A DNA stretch of 64,000 bases, taken from the NCBI GenBank assembly GCA_019113005.1, contig DXIE01000026.1, positions 15,760 to 79,759 on the forward strand. The letters are read 5' to 3'. This document shows, piece after piece, positions 45,358 through 56,587 of this stretch. Below the pieces are notes generated by a model. That model saw nothing but the letters and a program-made list of their open reading frames with translations. It did no database searches and was not told the origin of the DNA. Position 1 is the first letter of the stretch. Each line of letters begins with the position of its first letter. The stretch is from Candidatus Butyricicoccus avistercoris (GTDB taxonomy: Bacteria > Bacillota > Clostridia > Oscillospirales > Butyricicoccaceae). Position numbers and translations under genes: made by a program.

Positions 45358-46305
45358 TTAATTAAAATACACTATTTCGTCTTTTGGTGGAGTAGCTTTT
45401 TCTATATCAAGCAGAGTTAAAACTGGCCCTGCTCCCTTGTATATCTCCAGTTCTTCAATGTGAATTTTAGCGGTTATATTATACCATTCTTTACTTTTAA
45501 TCTGGCTGAATTTATCGCCTGTTTCGCATATAAAACCAAGATATGCTATATCATCAGCACAGCAAACCATGCCATGTCTGCCAGTGAATATAAGACCTTT
45601 TGGCAGTTTATCACTGATAAACACATGAGATTTAAATTTAACTGTTTTTCCCTCATATTTTTCAGGTGAACTGCTTGCATCTACATACCATAAACCAAAA
45701 TCTTCATCTGAAATATCAATTTCATCTGCCTCTATATCAAAAGGCATTACCATATTATCTCGATAATCTTCAGAATTGCCGTCTACATCATCAAGGAAAA
45801 TAGTAGCTCGTGGGTTCATTGCTCTAATATTTCGGCTGTGCAGATAGTCCTTGTCCTTTTGAGTACATCTATTAAATACAATTAAATCTGCATTTGTGAT
45901 ATGCTCAAACATTCTCTGACCTAAATTGGCAGAATAAAGCTCAAATGTAGAACCATTTATAGCGGCTACAACTTGATAAAGCTCCCAGTTTGCAGGCATA
46001 CACTCGTCTACAAATTCAGATAAATCCCACATGCCATTAAGCTCTATCATAACTCTGTCTGCTTTATTATCACTTACAGCCTTTTTAAGTGCCGCAATGG
46101 TGACATCTTCTATTTCATCAAATGCAACAAGTGAACAGTTGCATTTTTTTAGAAAATCATCGTCAAATTCTTCTATGCCTTCTTCAAGCTGAACAATTAA
46201 GGTTTTCTCAGTTTCTGTAAAGTTTGGGTCTGATAAAACCTCTTTCATAAATGTTGTTTTACCGCCCTCTAATAGACCAGTAAAAATATATACAGGAATA
46301 CCCAA
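45358..46305 (-). CDS. COG0523/CobW-related GTPase-like protein with TIGR03943-like C-terminus
   Basis: FTGLLEGGKTT, IELNG, FNRC; C-terminal GRHGMVCCADD. Confidence 0.8.
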   Translation of the reverse strand: MGIPVYIFTGLLEGGKTTFMKEVLSDPNFTETEKTLIVQLEEGIEEFDDDFLKKCNCSLVAFDEIEDVTIAALKKAVSDNKADRVMIELNGMWDLSEFVDECMPANWELYQVVAAINGSTFELYSANLGQRMFEHITNADLIVFNRCTQKDKDYLHSRNIRAMNPRATIFLDDVDGNSEDYRDNMVMPFDIEADEIDISDEDFGLWYVDASSSPEKYEGKTVKFKSHVFISDKLPKGLIFTGRHGMVCCADDIAYLGFICETGDKFSQIKSKEWYNITAKIHIEELEIYKGAGPVLTLLDIEKATPPKDEIVYFN

Positions 46306-46324
46306 TATTTTTCGCCTCCAAAAA

Positions 46325-47374
46325 TTAAACGCCGAAAATCTCAGCTAAACGTTCTTTGTCAAGGTCAGCACCAATAACACAAATTCTGCCTGTATAATCA
46401 GCACTGCCGTAACGGATTTCTGGTGCAGCTGGCACATAATCAAAATGTAGCCAAGTGCTAGAATCTGCACAAGGAACAATACCCTTTGCACGAAGTACAG
46501 TGCCTAAAGTTATATCACCAAGAGCGGTTAAGCAATCCTTGAGCTGCTGCTCGGTGAATTTCTTAGGGGTTTCAATGCCCCAGCTTTGGAACACTTCATC
46601 AGCATGGTGATGTCCATGCTCATGGTGATGACCGCAAGAACATGTTTCGCCATGTTCGTGGTGGTGGTGTTCATGGTCATGGTCGTGATGATGACCACAA
46701 GAACAGGTTTCGCCATGCTTGTGATGATGGTGTTCATACTCATGGTGCATATCCTCTAACATTTGCTCTGCTAGTGTATGGCTATCCTCCATAACACTTA
46801 AAAGCTGCTCACCTGTTAAGTTATCCCAAGGAGTTGTTACAATCTTAGCCTTTGGATTATGGTGCTGAAGTGCATGAACACACTGTGCAAGTTTTTCTTC
46901 CTTTAGGTTTTGTGTGCGTGATAAGAAAATCGCTCCTGCATTTTCAATCTGATTTAAGAAAAACTCACCGAAGTTTTTAGAATACATTTTGTATTTAATA
47001 GCATCAGCAACTGTTACAAAGCTGTTTAATACAACTGGCTGATGCTCTGCAACGTCCTTTACAGCCTTGATAACATCGGAGAGTTTGCCTACACCAGATG
47101 GTTCAATAATAATTCTGTCTGGACTATATTTTTCGATAACTTCGGTTAAAGCCTTGCCAAAGTCACCCACTAAAGAACAGCAAATACAACCAGAATTCAT
47201 TTCTGTAATTTCAATACCTGCATCTTTTAGAAAACCGCCATCAATGCCAATTTCACCGAATTCATTTTCAATCAGCACAATTTTCTGACCGTTTAAAGCC
47301 TCACCAATAAGTTTTTTAATAAGTGTTGTTTTACCAGCACCAAGAAAACCTGAAATAATATCAATTTTTGTCAT
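46325..47374 (-). CDS. COG0523 (CobW/YjiA/ZigA-like) metallochaperone GTPase with His/Cys-rich insert
   Basis: SGFLGAGKTT, ENEFGE, GCICC, IEPSG; HHHHKHGETCSCGHHH repeated. Confidence 0.92.
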   Translation of the reverse strand: MTKIDIISGFLGAGKTTLIKKLIGEALNGQKIVLIENEFGEIGIDGGFLKDAGIEITEMNSGCICCSLVGDFGKALTEVIEKYSPDRIIIEPSGVGKLSDVIKAVKDVAEHQPVVLNSFVTVADAIKYKMYSKNFGEFFLNQIENAGAIFLSRTQNLKEEKLAQCVHALQHHNPKAKIVTTPWDNLTGEQLLSVMEDSHTLAEQMLEDMHHEYEHHHHKHGETCSCGHHHDHDHEHHHHEHGETCSCGHHHEHGHHHADEVFQSWGIETPKKFTEQQLKDCLTALGDITLGTVLRAKGIVPCADSSTWLHFDYVPAAPEIRYGSADYTGRICVIGADLDKERLAEIFGV

Positions 47375-47472
47375 TTTAGTATTCCTTTCTATAATTAAGG
47401 CATAAATAAGCCTTGGTTAGTCGCTTCTAACATTTATAATACAACTATTACTCTATAAATTCAATATATTTT

Positions 47473-48411
47473 TTAAAGCTCTGGCAAAATTAAATCCCTA
47501 TTTGGTATTTTATCCCATGAGAATGTTTTTATAAGCTCATAAAGTGAAATATCTTCTTTTTTATCTATTAAACCACATGTATAAGCTAAAATTCCAATAA
47601 GTCTCTGTGGTTTCATATGCTGTCTTATAATACCTAAATCTAAATCCTTATCCCTTTTGCTAAGCCGTCTGCCATCTGGTGCGACCAAAAGCGGCATATG
47701 ATAAAATTTAGGCGGTGTAAATCCAAAAAGTTCATGCAGCCAAATTTGTCTTGCAGTTGAGCCTATAAGGTCATGTCCTCTTACAACCTCATTAACTCCC
47801 ATAAGAGCATCATCAACCGTAACAGCAAGCTGATATGCATACACACCATCAGAGCGTTTTATTATAAAATCGCCACATTCACTCGTTAAATCCTCGGTGT
47901 ATTTGCCCTTAACACCATCTATAAAGCTGATTTTAATATCTGGTACAGCTACACGCATAGCTGGTTTGCGGGTTTTACTTTTTATATCATCAGCCGTTAG
48001 ATTTTTACAAGTACCTGTATAAATAACTCTGCCATCTGACAAATGCGGTGCACTAGCCGTATGAAGTTCTGCACGAGTGCAAAAACATGGGTAGACAAGA
48101 CCTTTATCTTGCAAAATTTGCTCAAAGTGCTTATAAACGTCTGTACGTTCACTTTGATATATTGATTTATTATTTATAATATCAGTTTTTATAAAATTTA
48201 TATTGTCGAATTTTATACCAAACCAATCTAAATCATCTAAAACCTGTTTTGAGTTTTCTTTAGTACAGCGAATATTATCTAAATCCTCTATTCTAAGTAT
48301 ATAATCTCCGCCTTTACTTTTGGCACTTAAATAACCAAGCATAGCACAAAGTATATTTCCAAGATGCATTCTCCCGCTCGGTGAAGGTGCAAATCTGCCA
48401 ACAATATGCAT
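47473..48411 (-). CDS. gluQ: Glutamyl-Q tRNA(Asp) synthetase
   Basis: RFAPSPSGRMHLGN, YPCFCTR, YQLAVTVDD, VVRGHDL, RLSKR; lacks the anticodon-binding domain. Confidence 0.9.
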   Translation of the reverse strand: MHIVGRFAPSPSGRMHLGNILCAMLGYLSAKSKGGDYILRIEDLDNIRCTKENSKQVLDDLDWFGIKFDNINFIKTDIINNKSIYQSERTDVYKHFEQILQDKGLVYPCFCTRAELHTASAPHLSDGRVIYTGTCKNLTADDIKSKTRKPAMRVAVPDIKISFIDGVKGKYTEDLTSECGDFIIKRSDGVYAYQLAVTVDDALMGVNEVVRGHDLIGSTARQIWLHELFGFTPPKFYHMPLLVAPDGRRLSKRDKDLDLGIIRQHMKPQRLIGILAYTCGLIDKKEDISLYELIKTFSWDKIPNRDLILPEL

Positions 48412-48508
48412 AAGTTTTTAACCCTCCCATTTACTAATGGTAAATCAGAGTTTAAACTTTTTCAAGAAAAAAATGGCTCTGCTCAAAAGCAAAGCCATAA
48501 TTTTTTAA

Positions 48509-49954
48509 TTACATATCATCAACATTATATTGATTGATAGCGTCAGCAACGCCTTCCTTATCGCTCTTTTTGCCGTACTGGTCAACCTTAACCTTGCTCT
48601 TTAGCTCGTGAACAAGGCTGCCTGCACCGCTTACACAACCGCCAACACAAGCCATGCCTTCGATAAAGTTCTTATCTAGCTTGCCTGCCTTAGCCTTGAG
48701 AAGTGCAATCTTACATTCTTCAATACCGCTACAAACTTCAGCCTTAACCTCAAAGTCCATTTCTCTTTCCTTAGCAACTTGAAGTACAGCCTCAGTTAGA
48801 CCGCCAGAGCGACCAAATACACGACCAAAGTAAGATGCATCATTTACAGATGTTTCGTCCATTGTCTTTAGGTCGATTTCCTTAGCATCAATCATTGCTT
48901 GGAATTCTTCAAAAGTAATTACACAGTCAATCCACATGTCAACAGTTGGCTTGAACTTTTCTTCCTTCTTAGCTGTGCAAGGTCCAATGAAAATAGTTTT
49001 GATTGGTGTTTCAGAGTTTTCCTTGATATAGCGACCAATTTCAGCCATTGGTGAAAGGTTATGTGACACATGTTCTTTCATTGCAGGAACATGCTTTTCA
49101 ATGTAAGAAACAAATGCAGGACAGCAAGAAGAAGTTAAGAAGCCTTTTTCTGCAAGCTCTTGAGCTTCCTTATCTGCAACCATATCAGCACCCATAGCAG
49201 CCTCTACAACATAATCAAAGCCAAGCTTACGGATACCAGTAGCAACCTGAGCTAGTGAACAATCATCAAACTGAGCCGCAATAGCAGGAGCTACAATAGC
49301 AGCTACCTTATAGTTTTGCTCGCCAGATGCGTCCTTTGCATTTTTAATGATATTAATAGCATCAACCATAAATGATTTATCAACAATAGCACCGAATGGG
49401 CAAGCAGATGCACAAGCACCACAAGAGATACACTTTTCTGGATTGATTTCTGCTTTCTTTTCCTCGTTCATATTGATAGCATTGATTTTACAGCTACGCT
49501 CACAAGGACGAACATGCTCAACAATAGCACCATAAGGACAAACCTTAGCACAACGACCACATTCAATACAAGTATCTAAATCAATTTCAGCCTTACCCTT
49601 GCTATTTTTCTTGATAGCATTTTTAGGGCAATTCTTAATACAACGCTGAGAAATACAGCCACGGCATGACTCAGATACAGTGTAACGCTCTACTGGACAT
49701 TCATCACAAGCAATCTGAATAACTTCAATAATATTAGGGTCACGGCGGTCACCACCCATTGCTAAACGAACACGCTCTTGTGCGATTGCACGTTCCTTAT
49801 AAATACAGCAACGCATAGTAGCCTTTGGACCTGGAGAGATAATCTGTGGAATCTCATAATAAGAATCCATTAAATTTCCCTCATACGCACGAATTGCAAC
49901 TTCTTTAAGCACTCGATACTTTAAAAGTTGTACATCGGTTTCAAAATTTCTCAT
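48509..49954 (-). CDS. Monomeric [FeFe]-hydrogenase with N-terminal ferredoxin domains (group B-like)
   Basis: Several CxxCxxCxxxCP motifs; H-cluster motifs TSSCCP, GPCTAKKEE, EGMACVGGC; start corrected to 49954. Confidence 0.88.
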   Translation of the reverse strand: MRNFETDVQLLKYRVLKEVAIRAYEGNLMDSYYEIPQIISPGPKATMRCCIYKERAIAQERVRLAMGGDRRDPNIIEVIQIACDECPVERYTVSESCRGCISQRCIKNCPKNAIKKNSKGKAEIDLDTCIECGRCAKVCPYGAIVEHVRPCERSCKINAINMNEEKKAEINPEKCISCGACASACPFGAIVDKSFMVDAINIIKNAKDASGEQNYKVAAIVAPAIAAQFDDCSLAQVATGIRKLGFDYVVEAAMGADMVADKEAQELAEKGFLTSSCCPAFVSYIEKHVPAMKEHVSHNLSPMAEIGRYIKENSETPIKTIFIGPCTAKKEEKFKPTVDMWIDCVITFEEFQAMIDAKEIDLKTMDETSVNDASYFGRVFGRSGGLTEAVLQVAKEREMDFEVKAEVCSGIEECKIALLKAKAGKLDKNFIEGMACVGGCVSGAGSLVHELKSKVKVDQYGKKSDKEGVADAINQYNVDDM

Positions 49955-50067
49955 ATTTTGTCTTCTCCAATCCCTCTTAAATTTATTAAGCTTTACAAAT
50001 TGGGGGTTTTGCAAGCTTTAAATTTATATCAAACCCTTATGGGTTTAATCACAATCACCTAAAATTT

Positions 50068-50625
50068 TTACGCCTTATTTTTGTATAATTCCACGCCTTG
50101 TTTATAAAGATTTCCACCTTCACAGTCCATGGAAACAATAGCCGTAAAGCCTTCAACCGTAAGACGTTTTACAGACTCACAACCAAGCTCATCATAAGCT
50201 ATAACCTCTAATTTTTTTATTGAGTCGGCTTTGACTGCACCCGCACCACCGATTGCAACCATATATACACTTCCATTGCGTTTCATAGCATCTACAACTG
50301 GCTGACTTCTCACGCCCTTGCCTATCATACATGACAGACCTGCATCAAGCAATTTTGGTGAATAAACGTCCATTCTACCCGAAGTTGTTGGGCCAACAGA
50401 GCCTATAACCTGATTTGGTTTTGCAGGTGTTGGACCAGCGTAATAAATGGCTGCACCATCTAAGTCAAAAGGCAATTTTTCGCCTTTGTCCATAGCTTGT
50501 ACAATACGCTTATGTGCGGCATCTCGTGCGGTATAGATAATACCTGTAAGGGTAACTGTATCACCTGCTCTAAGTTTTGGTGCAATCTGTTTTAAATCAG
50601 CCGTATTTATATCATAATGTGCCAT
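50068..50625 (-). CDS. Fe-S hydro-lyase (class I fumarase/tartrate dehydratase) beta subunit
   Basis: YTARDAAH, YYAGP, GPTTSGRM, IGKG, GGAG. Confidence 0.9.
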   Translation of the reverse strand: MAHYDINTADLKQIAPKLRAGDTVTLTGIIYTARDAAHKRIVQAMDKGEKLPFDLDGAAIYYAGPTPAKPNQVIGSVGPTTSGRMDVYSPKLLDAGLSCMIGKGVRSQPVVDAMKRNGSVYMVAIGGAGAVKADSIKKLEVIAYDELGCESVKRLTVEGFTAIVSMDCEGGNLYKQGVELYKNKA

Positions 50626-50628
50626 AAA

Positions 50629-51375
50629 TTACACCTCCTGTTGACTTTTTTTAATATTTGTTAACATATCATTTAATGCACCATGTGAATCATTTTTATT
50701 GTTTTGATGTTCTTCTAGCTGATTTATAATGTCACTAATTGATTGTCTTGTTTGTTTTAGTACTTTTGAATATTCGGTTCTTGTTTTTTCGGTTTGAGTT
50801 TTAATTTTTTCAGCCTTTTGCTCAGCTTCATATATTATATGCTGTGCTTTTTGTTTGGCTTTTTGCTCAATTTCATCAGCTCTTTTATGTGCATTAAGCT
50901 CGATATCTGCAATATATGCCCTGTCTTTGTCAAATTCCTGTGTTTTTTGCATAAGCTCATCTACTTTATCAAGCAAAGCAGCATTTTCTTTTTCAATTTG
51001 ATGATACTTATCTTTAAATTCTTTGAACTTATCAAGCATTTCATTATAGAGCTTATTTTGTTCAGCGGTTTCATCATCAGCGAGCTTTACAAGGCTTTCT
51101 CTTTCAGAAATTTCGGTTTTAAGCTTGTCTATTTGTGCGGTCATTGATTCAATACGTTTTGACAGTTCGGTATTATTTTTTGAAAGCTTGTCATTTTCAG
51201 CATTTAATGCTTCGTTTTGCTCTAAAAGCTCATCATTTTCCTGCTTTATATCATCTATTTGCTTTGTGTACTCATGACTTTGCTTAGTTATATATTCAAT
51301 AACATCATCTCGATGAAATCCACCGACAAGCACCGTTCTAAACCCCATATCTGTATCGCTCATGAGAAAACCCAC
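50629..51375 (-). CDS. Coiled-coil protein with DivIVA/GpsB-like N-terminus
   Basis: FRTVLVGGFHRDDVIEYI followed by a long coiled coil. Confidence 0.6.
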   Translation of the reverse strand: MGFLMSDTDMGFRTVLVGGFHRDDVIEYITKQSHEYTKQIDDIKQENDELLEQNEALNAENDKLSKNNTELSKRIESMTAQIDKLKTEISERESLVKLADDETAEQNKLYNEMLDKFKEFKDKYHQIEKENAALLDKVDELMQKTQEFDKDRAYIADIELNAHKRADEIEQKAKQKAQHIIYEAEQKAEKIKTQTEKTRTEYSKVLKQTRQSISDIINQLEEHQNNKNDSHGALNDMLTNIKKSQQEV

Positions 51376-51542
51376 CTTTATAAATGTTTGTTTATTTTAT
51401 GTCAAACATATTATAACAATGCTCATAAGAAAACACAATAGATAACAATAGAGAAAAGTGTCAAATTACATTGATTTTCTTGTGCATACATGCTATATTT
51501 AAAATTAATTGTAATATATCAGTAAAGAAGGGGCGAAATAAA

Positions 51543-52745
51543 ATGTTAAGTGTCAATGACTTTCAAGCAGCAGCAAAGAGATTAAGCAGTGTGATTCATA
51601 CAATTCCGTTGTCATCTTCTAAAACATTTTCCGAAATGTCTGGTGCTGAAGTTTATTTAAAATTTGAAAATCAACAAAAAACTGGTTCGTTCAAGGTTCG
51701 TGGTGCTTACAATAAAATTATGAAACGCTATGAAGAGGGCGGATTAAATGCGGTTGTTGCATCATCTGCGGGCAACCACGCTCAAGGCGTAGCATTTGCA
51801 GCATCTAAAATTGGTGTGCCTGCAACTATTGTTATGCCACGTTCCACACCTATTGCAAAGGTATCTGCAACCGAGGGCTATGGTGCAAAGGTTGTTTTAC
51901 ATGGTGCTATTTACGACGAGGCTTATGCAAAAGCTTGCGAAATTGTAGAAAAAGAGGGTGCAGAGTTTATTCACCCATTTGATGATGAAGATGTAATGGC
52001 AGGTCAAGGCACTATTGCTCTGGAAATACTTTCTGATTTGCCTACTGTTGATATGATTTTTGTGCCAGCAGGTGGCGGCGGACTGATTTCTGGTATCGCT
52101 GCTTGTATCAAGCAAATTAACCCAAGAATTCAGATTATTGGTGTACAGGCTCAGGGTGCAAACTCTATTGTTACATCATTCCATAAAGACCAGATTACAC
52201 CTGCAACTTCTGTTCATACTATTGCTGATGGTATTGCAGTTAAAACCCCTGGTACAAAAACCATGGAATACATAAACCAGTATGTTGATAAATTTGTAAC
52301 TGTAACCGATTCTGAAATTTCTTCTACTATTTTGTTACTTCTTGAGCGTTGTAAGCAGGTTGTTGAGCCATCTGGTGCAGCCGCACTTGCAGCAGTATTA
52401 AACCACAAGGTCGATATCAAGGGCAAAAAAGTATGTTGTGTGCTTTCTGGCGGTAATATTGATGTATCCTTTATTCATAAGGTTGTAGAGCGTGGTCTAA
52501 TCACCCGTGGCAGACATATGAAGTTCTCTACAATTATGCCTGATGCCCCTGGTTCTCTTGAAAGATTTGCTCATCTTGTTGCCGAGCAAAACGCAAATGT
52601 AATTTTATTTAATCATGATAGAGTTCAAGCAGATTTAGATATTGGCGATGCAATTATTCATGTTGTATGTGAAGTTGGTGGCACTGAACACGGCAAACGT
52701 CTGCTTGATAAGCTAAGAAAAGAAGGATATACAATTCTTCCATAA
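51543..52745 (+). CDS. ilvA: Threonine ammonia-lyase with ACT domain
   Basis: KFENQQKTGSFKVRGA, SAGNHAQG, PAGGGGL, SGGN; start corrected to 51543. Confidence 0.93.
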   Translation: MLSVNDFQAAAKRLSSVIHTIPLSSSKTFSEMSGAEVYLKFENQQKTGSFKVRGAYNKIMKRYEEGGLNAVVASSAGNHAQGVAFAASKIGVPATIVMPRSTPIAKVSATEGYGAKVVLHGAIYDEAYAKACEIVEKEGAEFIHPFDDEDVMAGQGTIALEILSDLPTVDMIFVPAGGGGLISGIAACIKQINPRIQIIGVQAQGANSIVTSFHKDQITPATSVHTIADGIAVKTPGTKTMEYINQYVDKFVTVTDSEISSTILLLLERCKQVVEPSGAAALAAVLNHKVDIKGKKVCCVLSGGNIDVSFIHKVVERGLITRGRHMKFSTIMPDAPGSLERFAHLVAEQNANVILFNHDRVQADLDIGDAIIHVVCEVGGTEHGKRLLDKLRKEGYTILP

Positions 52746-52859
52746 AACACAAAGGCAAGCCTAATTTTCAGGCTTGCTTTTTTTACTTGACGCTTATACA
52801 AAAGATTGATATAATATTAACAAATAGGCTTTTATTCAGATTTGAGGAGGTTGTTTCAA

Positions 52860-54200
52860 ATGGATTATAAGGCACTTTATAGCCAAAAACTGGTTACTGC
52901 TGATAAGGCGGTTGAATGTGTAAAAGATGGTGATTGGGTAGATTTCGGTTGGTGTGTAGGTACACCTGATGCATTAGACGCTGCAATGGCAAAGCGTCTG
53001 CCACAGATGAAAGATGTAAATTTCCGTGGCGGTATTCTTCTAAAAGTTCCAGAAATCTATAAAATCGAAAACCCAGCAGAGCATATGACTTGGAACTCTT
53101 GGCATATGTCTGGTATCGAGCGTAAGTTTATCGCTACTGGTGCTGGCTTTTATGGTGCTATTCGCTACTCTGAGCTTCCACGCTACTATCGTGACAATAT
53201 CCGTCATGTAAATGTAGCTATGATGCAGGTAGCTCCTATGGACAACCATGGTTACTTTAGCTTTGGCCCTCAGGCTTCTCATATGCGTGCTGTATGTGAT
53301 GTTGCTGATATTATCATTGTTGAAGTTAACCAGAATATGCCTCGCTGTCTTGGCGGTATGGAAGACTGCATACATGTATCTGAAGTTGACATGATTGTTG
53401 AGGGCAATAACCCTGCTCCTCTTGAGCTTGGCTCTGCTGCTGCAACCGATGTTGACAAGAAAGTTGCTGAGCTTATCGTTGAAGAAATTCCAAACGGTGC
53501 TTGTCTGCAACTTGGTATTGGTGGTATGCCTAATGCAGTTGGCTCTCTAATTGCCGAGTCCGACCTTAAGGATTTAGGCGTACATACCGAAATGTATGTT
53601 GATGCATTTGTTGACATCACAATGGCTGGTAAGATTAACGGCTCAAGAAAAACAATCGACCGTGGCAGACAAGCTTATGCTTTCGCTGCTGGTACTAAAA
53701 AGCTTTATGATTTCCTAAATGATAACCCTCAATGTGCATCTATGCCTGTTGACTACACAAATGATGTGCGTGTTATCGCTCAGATTGATAACTTTATGTC
53801 TATTAACAATGCGGTAGATGTTGACTTATTTGGTCAGGTTAGCTCCGAGTCATCTGGTGTCAAGCACATATCTGGTGCAGGTGGTCAGCTTGACTTTGTA
53901 ATGGGTGCATATCTATCTAAGGGTGGTAAGAGCTTTATCTGCCTATCTTCTACTTTCAAGCAGAAGGACGGCACTATTGCTTCTCGTATTCGCCCAACAC
54001 TTGCTGAAGGCTCTATTGTTACAGATACTCGTGCAAACACTCATTATGTTGTTACTGAATACGGTAAGGTTTGCGTAAAGGGTATGAGCTCTTGGCAGCG
54101 TGCAGAGGCTCTTATCTCTATCGCTCACCCAGACTTTAGAGAACAACTTATTAAAGATGCTGAAAAGCTCAATATCTGGAAGCGTTCAAACAAACGATAA
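52860..54200 (+). CDS. but: Butyryl-CoA:acetate CoA-transferase
   Basis: [51 protein letters not shown]; specificity inferred. Confidence 0.85.
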   Translation: MDYKALYSQKLVTADKAVECVKDGDWVDFGWCVGTPDALDAAMAKRLPQMKDVNFRGGILLKVPEIYKIENPAEHMTWNSWHMSGIERKFIATGAGFYGAIRYSELPRYYRDNIRHVNVAMMQVAPMDNHGYFSFGPQASHMRAVCDVADIIIVEVNQNMPRCLGGMEDCIHVSEVDMIVEGNNPAPLELGSAAATDVDKKVAELIVEEIPNGACLQLGIGGMPNAVGSLIAESDLKDLGVHTEMYVDAFVDITMAGKINGSRKTIDRGRQAYAFAAGTKKLYDFLNDNPQCASMPVDYTNDVRVIAQIDNFMSINNAVDVDLFGQVSSESSGVKHISGAGGQLDFVMGAYLSKGGKSFICLSSTFKQKDGTIASRIRPTLAEGSIVTDTRANTHYVVTEYGKVCVKGMSSWQRAEALISIAHPDFREQLIKDAEKLNIWKRSNKR

Positions 54201-54259
54201 CCAAAACTCCATATACAAAAAAATCCGCTTAGAGTTTAGCTCTAAGCGGATTTTTAATT

Positions 54260-56308
54260 TTACTGTTTGAAACGGAATTCACTCATCATATTTTTAAGAT
54301 TTGTTGCCTGTGCAGAAAGCTCCTCACTTGCTGCCGCACTTTCTTGTGCTGTTGCAGAGTTTGTTTGAACAACACTTGAAATCTGAGAAACACCGATTGT
54401 TAATTGCTGCATAGCATCTGCTTGATGCAGAAGTTCACCAGAAACATCATTGATTTTCTCAACTACACCCTGAACATCATCAACTGCAATCATAAGTGCT
54501 TTAGAAGCCTCATCTGCAAGCTCCATACCGTCGCTGACCGCAGACAGTGAATTTGCAATCAAAGTAGCTGTATTTTGAGATGCCTCGGCAGATTTACTTG
54601 CAAGATTTCTAACTTCATCAGCTACAACCGCAAAGCCCTTACCTGCATTACCTGCTCTTGCAGCCTCAACCGCTGCATTAAGTGCTAAAATATTTGTCTG
54701 GAATGCGATATCTTCTATTGCTTTGATAATCTTCTGAATTTCGTTAGATGTTTCATCTATTCTCTTCATAGCACTGACCATCATTTGCATTTTATCGCTG
54801 CTCTTTTTAACATCTTGACCGACATTATTTGCTGTATCACTTGCGATTTTTGCATTTTCAGACATTGTTTGCATTTTATTTGAAACATTATCTATTGTTG
54901 AAGCCAATTCCTCTACTGCACTTGCCTGCTGCGTAGAACCCTGTGCAAGCATTTGAGCACCAGAAGATACATGGTCTGCACCAACTGCAACTTGGTCTGC
55001 TGTCTGGTTTATAATCTGCATTACAGCATTCACTCTGTCTATTATACCATATAATGAATTTTTAATTTTTACAAAATCGCCCTCATAGTTTGCTGAGGTT
55101 TCAACTGTTAAGTTTTTATTTGTAATTTCTCCAAGTACATAAGAAATATCGGATATAATATCATTTAAGCCCTTACCAGTTTCAATGAATGCTTTAGCTA
55201 AATCGCCTACTTCGTCATCATTTACATTGTCGACCTTAACATGCAAGTTACCATGAACAAATTGAGCAGATGTTTCACCCAACTGTTTAATAGGATTAAC
55301 AATTTTATTAGAACGATTAACGCAAATACCTGCAAGAAGTATAATGCAAATTGCAAAACCAATAACAATAGTTGCTGTTACAATTCTTATGTGGCTACTA
55401 AACTCAGAATCTGGCATACAACCTAAAACAGTCCAACCAATATCTGATAGATAATTTGTAGCACCATAATATTTTGTATCGCCACGTTTATATTCCATAA
55501 CATCTGTTGTTTTTTTATTACTCAGTGCATCTTTCATTTCATCTGAATAAACTACATCTGACAGATTTGTGTTAACCATAGAGCTATCTGGGTTATACAG
55601 AATATTATGTGATGAATCATATACAGTTACATAACCCTGTTCACCTATTGAAAGTGATGATAAATAACTTGAAAGTGACTCTAAAAGCACATCAAGACCA
55701 ACAACGCCTATTTGCTTGCCATTTTCATCATACAGATACTTAGCAACACTTACAACATATTTACCTCCAGTGCTATCATCAGCATAAGGGTCAGAAACTA
55801 CTATTTCATTTGGAGTTTGCTGAAGCTGTTGATACCAAGAAGTTTCGTTTACAGGATAATTTGAGTCTGACACATATCCATCACTCTGCATAACCTGATT
55901 TAAATTTGATGAATAGAGCCAAAGAGTAAATACATTATCACCCGCAAAAGCTTGGTTTTGTTTTAGTGTTGAAAGAGTCTCTGCATATGTAGGCATATTT
56001 TTAAGGCTTGTTGTACCCTTAACCGCAGCTGCTGCCTCTTTTAGAATTTGATTTACTGCTGTACGGTCAGATAAAAACTGTACTGTAACATAATCTTTTT
56101 CAAAATAACTTTCAATCTGAGTTGATGCAGCATCAATTTGTGCATCTATATTTGAGTTCTGCAAGGTATTGACCGTAGAAAACACCTTATTTGTTATTAA
56201 CATAGCTAGTATAAGCAATACCACAACAGTTGGTACTATTATACCCATCAACATTTGACCTGAAAGTCCTAATCTTTTAGTCCTTTTAGTATTGATTTTT
56301 GACAACAC
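54260..56308 (-). CDS. Methyl-accepting chemotaxis protein (dCache-HAMP-MCP)
   Basis: [37 protein letters not shown]; two TM helices flanking a Cache domain. Confidence 0.95.
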   Translation of the reverse strand: MLSKINTKRTKRLGLSGQMLMGIIVPTVVVLLILAMLITNKVFSTVNTLQNSNIDAQIDAASTQIESYFEKDYVTVQFLSDRTAVNQILKEAAAAVKGTTSLKNMPTYAETLSTLKQNQAFAGDNVFTLWLYSSNLNQVMQSDGYVSDSNYPVNETSWYQQLQQTPNEIVVSDPYADDSTGGKYVVSVAKYLYDENGKQIGVVGLDVLLESLSSYLSSLSIGEQGYVTVYDSSHNILYNPDSSMVNTNLSDVVYSDEMKDALSNKKTTDVMEYKRGDTKYYGATNYLSDIGWTVLGCMPDSEFSSHIRIVTATIVIGFAICIILLAGICVNRSNKIVNPIKQLGETSAQFVHGNLHVKVDNVNDDEVGDLAKAFIETGKGLNDIISDISYVLGEITNKNLTVETSANYEGDFVKIKNSLYGIIDRVNAVMQIINQTADQVAVGADHVSSGAQMLAQGSTQQASAVEELASTIDNVSNKMQTMSENAKIASDTANNVGQDVKKSSDKMQMMVSAMKRIDETSNEIQKIIKAIEDIAFQTNILALNAAVEAARAGNAGKGFAVVADEVRNLASKSAEASQNTATLIANSLSAVSDGMELADEASKALMIAVDDVQGVVEKINDVSGELLHQADAMQQLTIGVSQISSVVQTNSATAQESAAASEELSAQATNLKNMMSEFRFKQ

Positions 56309-56587
56309 GATACTTATTTCCCCTTTTTTTATTTTTTAGTAATATATTATGTATATTAGAATAACACATCGTTTTCTTTATATCGACATTTTAGGTTACA
56401 TTTATAATATATACAATATATTTTTGTTGAGTTGCTAAAATTTTATTATTTTAATAATAAAATATTATGCATTTTATTCACGCACACTTGTTCGTTTTTT
56501 CGCCTTTTATCTATGGAAATTAAAATCTATTTGTGTTATGCTTATATAGAATGTTTAAAATATTGCCAATAAATGAGGTGATTTTTT

